Shown here piece by piece: positions 38,207 to 51,389 of a DNA stretch of 64,000 nt. Numbering within the stretch: the first letter of the stretch is position 1; every line of letters starts with the position of its first letter. The stretch is taken from assembly GCF_964355755.1 (NCBI RefSeq), contig NC_092673.1, positions 31,927,648-31,991,647 of the forward strand. Reading direction: 5' to 3'. Source of the stretch: Antedon mediterranea. Its lineage: Eukaryota > Animalia > Echinodermata. Under the pieces are notes generated by a model. That model ran no database searches. It had not been told where the DNA came from and saw nothing but the letters and a program-made list of their open reading frames with translations. Made by a program: the position numbers and the translations under genes.

Positions 38207-40279
38207 GCCTCAAATGACTCGGATACAGGTTTTTTTATAGCCAGTATAAGTCAAGCACCTCGAAAGTATGCAAATTAGTAGTACAAGCTATATGAAATAT
38301 GCAAATTACAGTGAATTGCCTTATGTATCTCGAAAACGCTAATGACCGAGAGAGAGAGATATGGCAACTTTCTTGTACTACTGATTTGCATACTTTCAAG
38401 CGAAGTAACAGAGGTGTGATTTTGAGAATTACTAAACAGTTCTATGCTGGCTATAGAAAACCTGTATCTGGGTCATTATTGAAAAAAAAATTTATCGAAA
38501 GTATGACATTTGACCCTCGAACCTATTTCTCAATATTTGCATATAATGCAACTAAAATGTATGTACATACTTTGTTTTGGCCTCAAATGACTTGGATACA
38601 GGTTTTATATAGCCAGTATAGGATCGTTTAGTAATTCCAAAAGTCAAGCAACTCGAAAGTATGCAAATTATTAGTACAAGTTATATGAAATATGCAAATT
38701 ACAGCCTTATGTATCTCGAAAAACGCTAATGACCGATTAGATATGGCAACTTTCACCTCTTGTACTACTAATTTTCATATTTTCTAGGGAAGTAACAAAG
38801 GTGTGATTTTGAGAATTACTACAGTTCTATGCTGGCTATTGAAAACCTGTATCTGAGTCATTTGAGGCCAAAACAGTCTGTACAGATATTTTAGTTGAAT
38901 TATATGAAAATATTGAGAAATAGGGTCAAGGGTCAAATGTCATAATTCAATCAAGACAATTTTTGCATAAAATGTTTCATTACAGCGAATATAAATATGT
39001 ACATTCTGAATCAACTCTGAATTCAAATCAACTCTCTAGCATTAATGGTTTTCGAGATATGGGAAGACTGTAATTTCACCCCTAATTTGCATATTTCATG
39101 TAACTTGTACTAATAATTTGCATACTTTCAAGGTATGTGAAAAAGATGTGATTTTGGGAATTACAAAGAGGTCCTATGCTGACAATAGGAAAACTGTATC
39201 CGAGTCATTTGAGTCCAAAAAAATTATCTACAGACATTTTAGTCGCATTATGTATGCAAACATTGATAAATAGGGTCAAGGGTCAATTGTTGTATTTCCA
39301 GTCATTTTTTCGTAAAATGTTTCATTAGAGCAAATATAAATATGTACATTCTGAACAAGTTTTTGAAAAAATCAACTCTCTACCTTAGCGGTTTTCGATA
39401 CATATAGGACTCCGAACCTGTAATTTCACCCCTAATTTGCATATTTCATGTAACTTGTACTAATAATTTGCATACTTTGAAGGTGAGTGATACAGGTGTG
39501 ATTTTGAGATTTACTAAACATTCCTATGTTGGCTATTAGAAACCTGTATCCGAGTCATTTGACGGCAATACAAAGTCTCTACAGACATTTTAGTTTTCAT
39601 TATATATGCAATATTGAGAAATGGGGTCGAGGGTCAAATGTTATAGTTCCGGGCATTTTTTTGTAAAATGTCTCATTACAGCAAATATAAATATATACAT
39701 TTTAAATATTTTAGTGAAAAAATCAACACTTTAGCATTAGCGGTTTTCGAGATATGGCAACGGTGTAATTTCACTCCCTAATTTGCATATTTAATATTAC
39801 TTGTACTACTAATTTGCATACTTTCGAGGTGCGTGACGAAGTTGTGATTTTAGGAATTATAATACAGTTCTATGGTTGGTATTGAAAAACAATATCCAAG
39901 TCATTGAGTCCAAAATAAAGTCTCTACAGACATTTTAATCACATATTTATGTAAATATTGAGAAATGGGGTCAAGGGTCAAAATTTGGTACTTCCGGACA
40001 TTTTTATGTAAAATGTCTCATTAGCGCAAATATAAATATATATATTCTGAACCAGACTGTGCAAAAATGAACTCTCTACGATTAGTAGTTTTTAAGATAT
40101 GGTAACCCTGTAATTTCACCCTAATTTGCATATTTAAGCTAATTTGCATACCTTCGGGATGAGTGTCAGAGGTTTGATGCTCAAAAAATAATTACCTTAT
40201 CATATGTAACCATTTAAAAAAAAAAAATCTCTGTTTGCAATTTGTTTCACTCAAAATGCTAGATTGACTAGCCTACTAC

Positions 40280-43200
40280 GGTACCAAAGATAATACTTTC
40301 GGTTTTGCCAACATGTAAAGATAATTTGTTTTCAGTTAACCAGTCCTGGCACTTAGCTAGGACAGTACTTAATTTATGAGCGATTTTGGTGGCATCGTGA
40401 TGAGAATACAGAATCGTAGAATAATCAGCATAAAGATTTTTCAGCGCATTGTGCATGATGGTTTGTCATCACATGTTGCTAATGCTTTACAGTAAGTCCT
40501 AGGCAGCATGGTTTTGTCTCTGGGAGATCATGTCAAACCAACCTCGCACTGCTTCTTGCTACATCATACGATGCAATTAACAGCAAGAAGCAGTGCGATG
40601 TGATTTACACTGATTTCTCTAAGGCTTTTGATTCCGTTTCCCATGATTTGCTTATTTTTAAACTTTCAAAATTTGGTTTATCCGGTTCACTGTTAAGTTG
40701 GTTTAAAAGCTATTTAACTAATAGACAACAGCGTGTTGTCATTGGGGGAGAGACATCTGATTGGCTCCCTGTGTTATCGGGCGTTCCGCAGGGCTCGATC
40801 CTGGGCCCGCTTTTGTTTAATTTATTTATCAACGATCTTCCTTTAAAATTTAATCATTCCGAGTCTCTTTTATTTGCTGACGATCTGAAATTGTTTAAAG
40901 TGATTACCACTCCACAGGATGCTTTTTCACTTCAGGAGGATCTGGATGGTCTCGTGGAATGGACGGAGAAGTGGGGGATAAAACTTAATGCTAATAAATG
41001 CAAATATTTATCTATAACACTTAAAAAAAGGCCTGTGCTCTTCAATTATAATCTGAGTGGACATGATCTTGAGATGGTTTATGTATGGAAAGATTTAGGT
41101 ATTTTTATTGATAGTAAATTAAATTTTTGTTCACATATTAATCATGTGTTGTCAAAAGCTAATAGAATGATGGGCTTAATATGGAGAAATTGTAGGTTTA
41201 TGAACGACGGCAGGGCACTTTTATCTTTATACAAATCTATTATACGTCCTCACCTTGAATATTGTTCCGCAATTTTCAATTCAATTTCTCCATGTCAGGC
41301 CCGTCGAATCGACACTGTTCAACGGAAGTTTGTTCGATTCCTGTCTTATAACTGTGTTAATTTTGCCTTTTCCATTGATTCTGTCAGCAATCGTCGAACG
41401 ATATCTGATATGGTTTTTTTATATAATATTTTAAATTCTAAATATGACTGTTCATTAATTTCACTATTTAGTTTAAATGTTCCTGGTCGTACACGAAATA
41501 GACATTTATTGCATATTCCTTTTAGCCGTGTCGACTGTACTAAGAGGGGACTTTTTCATAGACTACCTTATACATTTAATAATCTAAATAGCAATCATAT
41601 CGATATTTTTAATGATAGACTTGGTTATTTTAAGAGGACGATGATGTGTTCACTTCTTGAACAGCCTGCATAACCTGTTTTAATTGAAATTGTTTATGGC
41701 ATGCCAATCTATGTTTTATATATATATATATATATATTTTATCTGTATTTTATTGTTAACCGTTTTTGATGTTGTATTGTTTTATGTTTCAAACCTGTTA
41801 GTGGCGGTATTTATCGCTGTTGGTTTTGATTGAATAAAATAAAAAATAAAAATAAAAAAATTGAACATCAGAATCAATACAAGAAGCAATATCATTTAAA
41901 TAACTTAGAAAAAGAATAGGGCCCAAGATGCTACCTTGCGGTACACCTTGAGTAACTATAAGAGGTTCAGAGCAGGTACCATTCACACTGACAACTTGTG
42001 TGCGGTTAGCGAGATCAGATTGAAACCAGTCAGTACACTTAAAACCCATGCATTTTAGCTTGTTAATTAAAATCACATGATCGACGGTATCGAAAGCTTT
42101 TTGTAAGTCAATTAGAACCATTCCAGTAAGAAGGCCTTTGGACTTATTGTTTTTTAAACCGTCGATGAGATTTATGAGGTTGCTTTCAGTTGAATGGGCC
42201 TGCCGAAAACCGGATTGATAGGCATAAAGTATATTATTTTTGGAAAGATACCTTTCAACTTGTATAGCTACAGATTTTTCAAGAATCTTAGATACCGTAG
42301 GCAGAATACTAATCGGCCGATAATTCTCAACACTTGTTCTAGTATTTTTCTTAAATAGTGGGGTAACTTATAGCAGTTTTAAGATCATGAGGAAAACAAT
42401 TAGTTTTAAACGAAAGGTTAATGATATGAGCTATCGGTTCAGCCAAGATTATCGCACCGTCACGTAAAAATCTTGTGGGAATATTATCTAGACCGACGCT
42501 TTTGTTTACATTTAGGCTTTCGAGTTGAGTTTTAACAAATTCTATGGTAACAGGCTCCAGCTTAAACATGTTTCCTTTTAATTTAACGTAGTATTTATGA
42601 AGATCGTTACTGGACATGGTGAAAAAACCTATGCATTTTGGGAGTTTTTTGACGAGTTTTGACGAGTGTTGACGCAACATTCGTGAAAAACTCATTAAAA
42701 CGAGAGGCAACGCCTTTTGGACAGAAAGTTTGTTTACCATTGTCATCGAGAACGATTTTAGTGTTTGTTTTACATTTCTTCTCGTATCCGAGCTGTTTGA
42801 GGGTTTTCCATAATTTTTTAGGGTTGTCTTTATTTTCATCAATCTTATTGAGAAAAAAATTAGATTTAGCTTTTTTGATCAGCCGCTGAGCTTTGTTCCT
42901 AGAGGCACAATAATATTTGTATATATCTAGATTAGTTTTATCTTTCTTGAATTTTTTTAAAAGTGTGTCTCTTACTTTGATTTCATTAGCAATTTCGGAG
43001 GTAAACCAGGGTGCTATGTTTTGTTTAAGTCTAACTTTTTTTTATTTTTGGCGCTATTGAGTCGATCACCTTAATGATGATATCTTTAAGAGTTAACCAC
43101 GCGATATTTACATCGTCATTATTAGTGACAACAGACCAATCGATATCATTAAGTGTTTCAAGATAGTTATTTACATTATAGTTTTTTAAAGATCGTAATT

Positions 43201-43340
43201 TAGCGGAGTTGTGTTCATTTTTATGAACATGAGAGGTATTCTTTTAGCGCAATAAAAGAAAATGGTCACTAAGGCCAATATTAATTACTCCAGATTGCTT
43301 CACATTATTTTGTACATTAGTAACAATGTGGTCCAAACAT
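40280..43340 (-). mobile_element. Decayed LINE (end of EN plus RT), interrupted by a second LINE at 40441-41861 and by the 29-kb element
   Basis: LDHIVTN..GLSDH, KSVGLDNIP, LIDLQKAFDTVDH, GVPQGSILGP, LYADY (degenerate YADD), KTESIIFGT; multiple frameshifts. Confidence 0.87.
40441..41861 (+). mobile_element. 5'-truncated LINE (CR1/Jockey-like RT ORF 40600-41673) with an A-rich tail
   Basis: IYTDFSKAFDSV, GVPQGSILGPLLF, LFADDLK, RPHLEY; tail aataaaataaaaaataaaaataaaaaaa at ~41833-41860. Confidence 0.9.
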
Positions 43341-43393
43341 GAGCTTTTTTTTTTTTTGATTTATAATTAAATTAATACATTGTTTTTTTTCAG

Positions 43394-46300
43394 AAATTGA
43401 AGTTAGACCACTACTTACTCTATGCACATGGACCTGATCTTTGCCGTAAATCTGACCTTCGACACGCCATGGCTAACTGCTTTGAAGCGTTGATGGGTGC
43501 TATGTATCTTGAATCGGGCCTTGAATATGTCAATAAAACGTTCTCAAGTGTTCTCTTCAATAAACAAGTGCTAAGAGATATCTGGAATGGATGCCCTAGA
43601 CATCCTCTGCAGGTGAGATCTAGCCGTGCATACAGTATGATTTTAAGGTTATTGGAAAAGTGTATGGCACAGCCCCTCTTTTGAGATACCTTTACTCGGG
43701 GAATACCCCCATTAAGGGGACACTTTCCCATCAAAATATGTTTTAACACAAAAGTGAAATATAGGTTTTAACACTTACGGCCAACACTTGGTTGGATCCT
43801 GAAGGTGTCCACTTAATACAGGTTCTATTGTTACATAGTACTATATTAAATTTAACTTAGATTTGGTTTATTTGTAGATTGAATGTCCTGATGGTGACCG
43901 TCACATGATAGAATCATATCCAGTCCTTCAGGTAAATATAAACAATATTAGACTTGCCAATAATAATGTTTACAACAAGCCGACAGTCAAATCAACAGGT
44001 GGAGTCTGTTGTTAGAATAATTATTGCATCCCTTCAACAGATAAACCTAAAGATGCTTTCTAACAAATACTTCATACATTTTAGATGTTTTATAAAATCT
44101 ACATTGATTTATAAATAAATTGTTAATACATGTGTCTTATGTAAGTTGTCATTCATCAAGGTAATGGCATAAGAAAAATTACATTTTTAATTATTATTGC
44201 AGAAATTGAAGTTGGACCACTACCTACTTTACGCACATGGACCTGATCTTTGCCGTAAATCTGACCTTCGACACGCCATGGCTAACTGCTTTCAAGCGTT
44301 GATGGGTGCTATGTATCTTGAATCGGGCCTTGAATATGTCAATAAAACGTTCTCAAGTGTTCTCTTCAATAAACAAGTGCTGAGAGATATCTGGAATGGA
44401 TGCCCTAGACATCCTCTGCAGGTGAGATCTAACCATGCATACAGTATGATTTTAATAATAATAATAATAATAAGCTTTATTTAATCACGGATACTTAACT
44501 CAACTAAAAGTTGTTTTTCAGTAAGACCGTGCTCAAAGGAAAACACCAACAAAAATAAATGTAAAAAGCAGATATCAAATCAAATAATAAAACAATTACA
44601 GAAGCAAAAACCAAAAGCAGATAATAAAACAATTACAATGAAATAAAATGAAACAAGGATACACTTACTAACTATAAAATTAAATAATACACTACATTTA
44701 AATAAAGCTACATGAAATTAGCAGTTAACAGTTAAGGTTATTAGAGCACAGCTCCTCTTTTGAGATACCTTTACTCGTGGAATACCCCCATTAAGGGGAC
44801 ACTTTCCCATCAAAATATGTTTTAACACAAAAGTGAAATATAGGTTTTAACACTACGACCAACACTTGGTTGGGTCCTGAAGGTGTCCACTTAATACAGG
44901 TTCTAGTGTTACATAGTACTATATTAAATTTAACTTAGATTTGGTTTATTTGTAGATTGAATGTGCTGATGGTGACTGTCACATGATAGAATCATATCCA
45001 GTCCTTCAGGTAAATATAAACAATATTAGACTTGCCAATAATAATGTTTACAACAAGCCGACAGTCAAATCAACCGGTGGAGTCTGTTGGTTTTAATGAT
45101 TAGAATAATTATGATACCTTTTAAATATTTGAATGAATGACCCAAATTTCCATTTGTTTCAGAAATTAAACCAGTCAGAAGATTCAACTGGTATTTATTT
45201 CAAGAATATTCGTCTTCTGGCTCAAGCATTTACGCAAAGAACTGTGGGATACAACAACCTTAATAAGTATGTCCGGTAGTTCTTTATATACAGTATATTA
45301 TACTGTAGTTAAGTATCTTGACAAACAAAAATTATTTTAGAACACCCCATTTCAGAATGGTATAGTCCACAGATGACCACCTACAATAACAGTCCATCTA
45401 TAAAGATAATGAACCACACTCTTCATAAAAACAGTTTTATTGTTTTAGTTCATCATCAATTGTTTTAATTATCAGTAGTAGTTATTACTAAATATTTTAA
45501 TACATTCATATTACAGAGGCCATAATCAACGCATGGAGTTTCTTGGTGATTCAGTCTTACAAATTATCACGTCATGTTACCTGTACAGGCATTTCCCAGA
45601 CCATCATGAAGGACACTTATCGGTAAGTTGGTATTGACATTTTATAAATAAAAAATATAACAGCATTACAACGATAGACATTATTTAAAAGCTGAAGTAT
45701 GATGTGTATCTACCATTCAAATTATTTTATTACAACAACAAAATTATAATAATTTCTCTAGTAGCTACAAAAAAAAATATAACAGGATTACAAAGAAATT
45801 ATTTATTGAAGTATGGTGTATCTACCAGTTAAATTATTTCATTACAAACAGCACAATTATAATAATAGAAGTTGTTGCTGGAATCAATAGCATTTTAAAA
45901 TATGCCTTTAGTAAATATATTTTGATTATTAATATATTAAACCTTTTTCATTTTAAGCTTCTTCGAAGTTCTCTAGTAAACAACCGAACACAAGCAACAG
46001 TTGCACGAGAGCTAGGCCTAGATAATTACATAATTGATGTTGATACTCGTAGTAAAAAACCTGGACCGCAGCCTACGAAGACAATAGCTGATTTACTGGA
46101 AGGTATGTATGAAACGGTATGTGGATTGGTGGTTATGATGCTTGACTACCAATCTAAGGGTCCTGGGTCCAAGTCCTGTCCTATGTCATGGTTTTTTCTC
46201 ATGAAAATTTGCAATTTCACACTTGTAATAAGTCTTTGTTTATGTAGAGCATCTTTTGTATGTTTGTTGTGTGAACAGGAGAGCCACCTTTGAGAGAAGG

Positions 46301-48865
46301 ACAGTGATTGAGTTCACTTGTGGTTATCCTTGGCAATTTGCCTAAAGTTAAATAAAATATTTAAAAAAATAAATAAAAAAAACGGTACATGGATAAACCA
46401 TTGGTATCTTATCACCGTTTGTCCATGATGATGTTTTATATTGAGTTGAATCAACTATAATGTATTTTATCCGTTTATTTTATATTGACACTGTTGATTT
46501 GTCTATTTGTTATTTAAATATTTTTATATAGTTTATTATATATCATTGTTGTTACTTTGGGAGTACGGAACCTGAACTCTTGTTATAGTGATTAGGTTCA
46601 CTTTTAGGTTCCTGCCTACTCCCTTAGTTTCTGTGTTTTTGTTTGTTTGTAACTGGTTTTTGGCAATAAAAATAATAATAATAATAATAATGATTGTTTA
46701 TGTTTATGTTGTTTTTGTTGGCAATAAAGTAAAGTAAAAAAAATGTATAAAACATAGCATCCAGTGGTTGAATTGTGAATTATATTTACAACATTACAAT
46801 AAAAGAATTCATAAAATGGATCAGAATTTCTTTCATTAATTTATACCTAATCATTTTATTTAAACAGCTTTTCTTGGTGCTCTGTATGTTGACCGTGGAC
46901 TGGAATTTGTCCAAGTTTTTTGTGATGTCTGTTTCTTCCCAAGACTAAGTGTAAGTTGCATGCTGAAAAGAAGTAAACAATAGACTAACTGCAGATATGC
47001 AATACATTGCCATGATTAATTTATTTTGGTATTGTTTGAAAAATAGTCATATTTTAATCTGAACATGGCCTAATAACATTGTGTGCTCAATAAACATAAT
47101 ACATAATTGATAATCGGAATCGGCCAACCTGGCCTCCAAGTTTTGCTTGGCCAACAAATCAAGTTTTTTTAGGCTGGCAATAAGAATGTGATAGGTATAC
47201 TTTAAGTTCTGTCTACACTAACAAACTTTATAGACAAATAATGTGATGTGCCCATATATGGACATGATGATGTCAGCACTACTATATATGGGCATATCAC
47301 TACCATAATTGGGCACTTTTTTTGTCCAACTAGTTTGATAGTGTAGACAGAGCTTAAGATAACTTTTATAAGATTGCCATTAAACATGTGACTTGATTTA
47401 TATTGTATATGTCATATATTTATTTTTATCATCAACTAGGAATTTATCAGAAGTCAGGATTGGAACGATTCAAAGTCACAACTTCAACAATGTTGTTTGA
47501 CATTAAGACAAGAAAACAAAGAACCGGAATTACCTACCTATAAGTGAGTCTACATGTTTTGTACAATATAAAATTACATACTGTATAACATTATAGAGAA
47601 ACTAGACATTAATTCATTAGTTTATAAACAGTAATAATGTATGCTATTTGTGATGTTAGGGAGAAATGGCAGGTCAATTTTGATATATATATATGTTTTG
47701 AAATAGCAGTTTTTAGTCCTCACTCGCTTTGATGTTATGCTAGGCCTACATACAGTATCTGCGCTTTGTTTAAATTTTTCTTTCTGGGATTATATACTGT
47801 ATAACATTATTATATATTACATTGTATCAATATAACATTGTTGTTTTCATGTGACAGGGTTATTCAACAGACTGGTCCAACAAACACTAGGCAATATACT
47901 GTTGCTGTATATTTTAGAAACAAACGAATTGGAACAGGAACAGCATCAAAGTAAGCATTTAACTTTAAAGACAGTTTAGATGATTACACAAAAAATATTG
48001 CTAAATAATTGAAAAGTTAAAGAGTAAACACAATGTAATTACTGGAGTAACTGCAGTAGCGTGATCCCTAATTGTATGTACCGGTATTAATTATAACATT
48101 GCTAAAAAAACAATTCATAAACTCATAAACAATGCTCTTCTACAGCTAGTTTCAATCCCTCCCACTGTGTGAACTTGCCATTGTTTCTGGCTTTCACACC
48201 AGTCCCACCCTTTCCACTTATATTCCAAGTTTCCTGGACTTTCTGCATTCTCACTCCTGAGGACCATCAAAGCATATTGATTGAAACGTCTTTTCAGAAC
48301 TAATATATGTGGTGTTGTACTACAAACTTATATCGACATTTATTGTTATTATTAGTGTTCAAGATGCACAGATGGCTGCTGCAAAAAATGCCCTGGAAAC
48401 TTGTAAGTTGAGATTTTTTAAAGGATTTTGTTACAAAAAATGTCACAATACACATACGTAGTAAATTCATCTTGTTTGTAGTATACAAACTTATGATATT
48501 TATCTATAGGCTATTAACTTAGCAGATAACTGAAATAATACACCAAACATCAATCAATCAATATAATAAGATTGTATTTTTTTTTTACAATAAACTGAAA
48601 TTAGAAGTGATGATTTCTCTTTCTTTTTTTAGATGACTTTCCACAACTTCAGCATCAGAAACATCTTCTGGGGAAGGTTCATCCAGATCAAAATGAAAGG
48701 CAAGAAACATCACAAGGAAGGATTAAAGACAAAATGAGGAACGATAGAAGAGAAGGAAGGAATAGAGACAGAAGGAAAAACGACAGAAGAGACAATGAAA
48801 GCTGCTATAGAGAAAGAGAAGCAGAAAGAACGTTTAAAAGAAGACGGACGGATTCACCATGGTAG
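43394..48865 (+). CDS. DROSHA: Drosha C-terminal half (distal RIIIDa, RIIIDb, dsRBD, charged tail); frame open but 5' exons absent. Exons: 43394-43612, 43878-43931 (duplicate pair), 44203-44421, 44956-45009, 45163-45266, 45517-45622, 45958-46102, 46868-46950, 47440-47543, 47858-47950, 48356-48402, 48633-48865
   Basis: All introns are GT-AG and phases are compatible. Peptides [87 protein letters not shown]. Stop at 48863-48865, then AATAAA at ~48872 and ~48895. It may be a young pseudogene. Confidence 0.85.
46119..46382 (+). mobile_element. tRNA-derived SINE in a Drosha intron
   Basis: A/B-box head, A-rich tail and TSD aaacggta. It is absent from the paralogous intron (~6555) and similar to 52675-52940. 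Confidence 0.8.
47203..47357. mobile_element. MITE (PIF/Harbinger-like), ~150 bp
   Basis: TIRs agttctgtctacacta.caaact / agtttgatagtgtagacagagct flanked by tta/taa. Confidence 0.7.
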
Positions 48866-49310
48866 AAAATGAATAAAAGTACAGTGCATAGTTTAATAAA
48901 TGACAATCTATTTATAAAATTGTTTTACCGTGGCACCACGTTGAGTGTGAAAAGCAGAGGTTTTGTTAATTCTTTTGTCAACAGGTTGAAAATACAGTAC
49001 TGTAAAAATGTGTTACCACACCTCTACAGAATATTCCCTGGAAAAGACTTAGTTCAATCTAGGTTAAAAAACGTTGTAGTACTTTTGTCAAATACTCTCA
49101 GTATAATGATACTAAAGGCAATTCATTTTGAAGCAAGGAAAGCAGACTTTAGGATGTATAATTTGTGCTATACTTTATACTTCACTTTTAGGTCATTATT
49201 TACTCTGCTCTTTGTTGTTATATTCCATATTGTACAGTAAATAGTGCTTTAAATTCCCAATAATAAAACATGAATATTATTTAGTAAATCAAGTATTGTA
49301 ACATGAAATT

Positions 49311-51389
49311 AGTCACTGAATGTTAATATCTTTTCGTATGTTAATACACTGTGCTCAAGTGGACCCAATTTGGAGCCAGGGGAGCACAGTGATATAAAAT
49401 AGAAATAAGTCACTGAATGTTAAAATATTTTCGTATGTTAATACACTGTGCTCAAGTGGACCTAATTTGGCGCCAGTGGAGCACAGTGATATAAAATGGA
49501 AAAAAGTCACTGAATTTTAATATCTTTTTGTATGTTAATACACTGTGCTCAAGTGGACCCAATTTGGAGCCAGTGGAGCACAGTGATATAAAATAGAAAT
49601 AAGTCACTGAATTTTAATATCTTTTCGTATGTTAATACACTGTGCTCACGTGGACCCAATTTAGCACGCGCGACAGTAAGCACAGTGATATAAAATAGAA
49701 AAAAGTCACTAAATTATAATATCTTTTCGTATGTTAATACACTGTGCTCAAGTGGACCCAATTTGGCACCAATGGGAGCACAGGGAAATAGTCACATACA
49801 AAAACATCGAGAAAAAATACTTCTGGATTTCAAAAATATTTCAAACTTGGTATATATGTTCAATATCGGTTACTCCATCCGTAAAGCAAAAGAAAAAATA
49901 GTTTCAAGCCATATCAGTGATTTTAGTAATTTTCGTTAGTTTAAAATGTATATTTATGATAGAACATAGAATTCCAACACATTTTTTAAACTTTAAATTT
50001 TGATCGCCATAAAATAATTGTCCTACACATTTGAAATTTGGTAGTATACGTTCAATAGGTTACTACACGTTCAATATGTTACTACATAATTCATATTTTT
50101 AACATATGTCTTTTTTTTTAATCACTAAAGTTAAAAAAAATGTGTTGGAATTGTATTTTCTTTCATAAGTATTTATCTTAGACAAACGCAAGTTATTAAA
50201 ATCACTGATGTGGCTTGAAACTAATTTTTCTTCTGCATTACGGATGGAGTAACTGATATTGAACTTATATACCAAGTTTGAAATATTTTTGAATTCGATA
50301 AATATTTTTTCCAGAAGTTTTTGTATGTGACTATTTCCCTGTGCTCCACTGGCGCCAAATTGGATCCACTGGAGCACAGTGTATTAACATACGAACATTT
50401 CTTTTGTAAAAAAAAATACTCCTCGATTTCAATATTATTTTCTTGGTATATTTTTTATTTTAGTTTCTCAATTTACAGGGAAAAAATCGAAGAGCATAGT
50501 GTATTAACATACGAAAAGATGTTATTATTTAGTGACTTTTTTCTATTTTATATCACTGTGCTCACTGGCGCGCGCCAAATTGGGTCCACGTAAGCACAGT
50601 GTATTAACATACGAAAAGATATTATAATTTAGTGACTTTTTTCTATTTTATATCACTGTGCTCACTGGCGCGCGCGCCAAATTGGGTCCACGTGAGCACA
50701 GTGTATTAACATACGAAAAGATATTAAAATTCAGTGACTTATTTCTATTTTATATCACTGTGCTCCCCTAGCTCCAAATTGGGTCCATTTGAGCACAGTG
50801 TATTAACATACGAAAAGATATTAAAATTCAGTGACTTTTTTCTGTTTTATATCACTGTGCTCCCCTGGCCCCAAATTGGGTCCACTTGAGCACAGTGTAT
50901 TAACATACGAAAAAATATTAAAATTCAGTGACTTATTTCTATTTTATATCACTGTGCTCCCCTAGCTCCAAATTGGGTCCACTTGAGCACAGTGTATTAA
51001 CATACGAAAAGATATTAAAATTCAGTGACTTATTTCTATTTTATATCACTGTGCTCCACTGGCTCCAAATTTGGTCCACTTCTTGAGCACAGTGTATTAA
51101 CATACGAAAAGATATTACAATTTAGTGACTTATTTATATTTTATATCACCATGTGCTCCCCTGGCTCCAAATTGGGTCCACTTGAGCACAGTGTAATAAC
51201 ATACGAAAAGATATTAAATTTAGTGACTTATTTCTATTTTATATCACTGTGCTCCACTAGTGCTAAATTTGGTCCACTGGAGCAGTTATCGTAGTAGTAT
51301 TTCTATTTCGTAAGTAAATAAAGGCATAAATGGCGCTCCGTAGAAGTAGAGAATGCTCGATCGTCGAAATGACGCTCTGAATATACCTC
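49311..51389. mobile_element. Fold-back element: 87-bp tandem units in inverted arrays (49311-49790 versus 50340-51290) around inverted unique arms (49790-49990 versus 50135-50340); right terminus ...tatacctc
   Basis: Unit gtatgttaatacactgtgctcaagtggacccaatttggagccagtggagcacagtgatataaaatagaaataagtcactgaa and its reverse complement. Confidence 0.85.

Larger units (their letters stand above)
11064..40275. mobile_element. Large non-autonomous Academ-like fold-back element (~29.2 kb including nested insertions) with ~360-bp subterminal tandem repeats
   Basis: TIR TAGGCTAGTCAATCTAGCA at 11064 and its reverse complement ending at 40275. Long inverted arms: 11064-11470 plus 16465-17200 versus 38740-40275. 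Imperfect 3-bp flanks (tta/cta). No transposase seen. The superfamily is inferred only from the TAG termini. Confidence 0.7.

Noticed and set aside
49311-51290. CRISPR-like appearance of regular palindromic repeats (also 1-525)
   Set aside because: The intervening sequences are repeated rather than unique spacers, there are no cas genes, and the context is eukaryotic.
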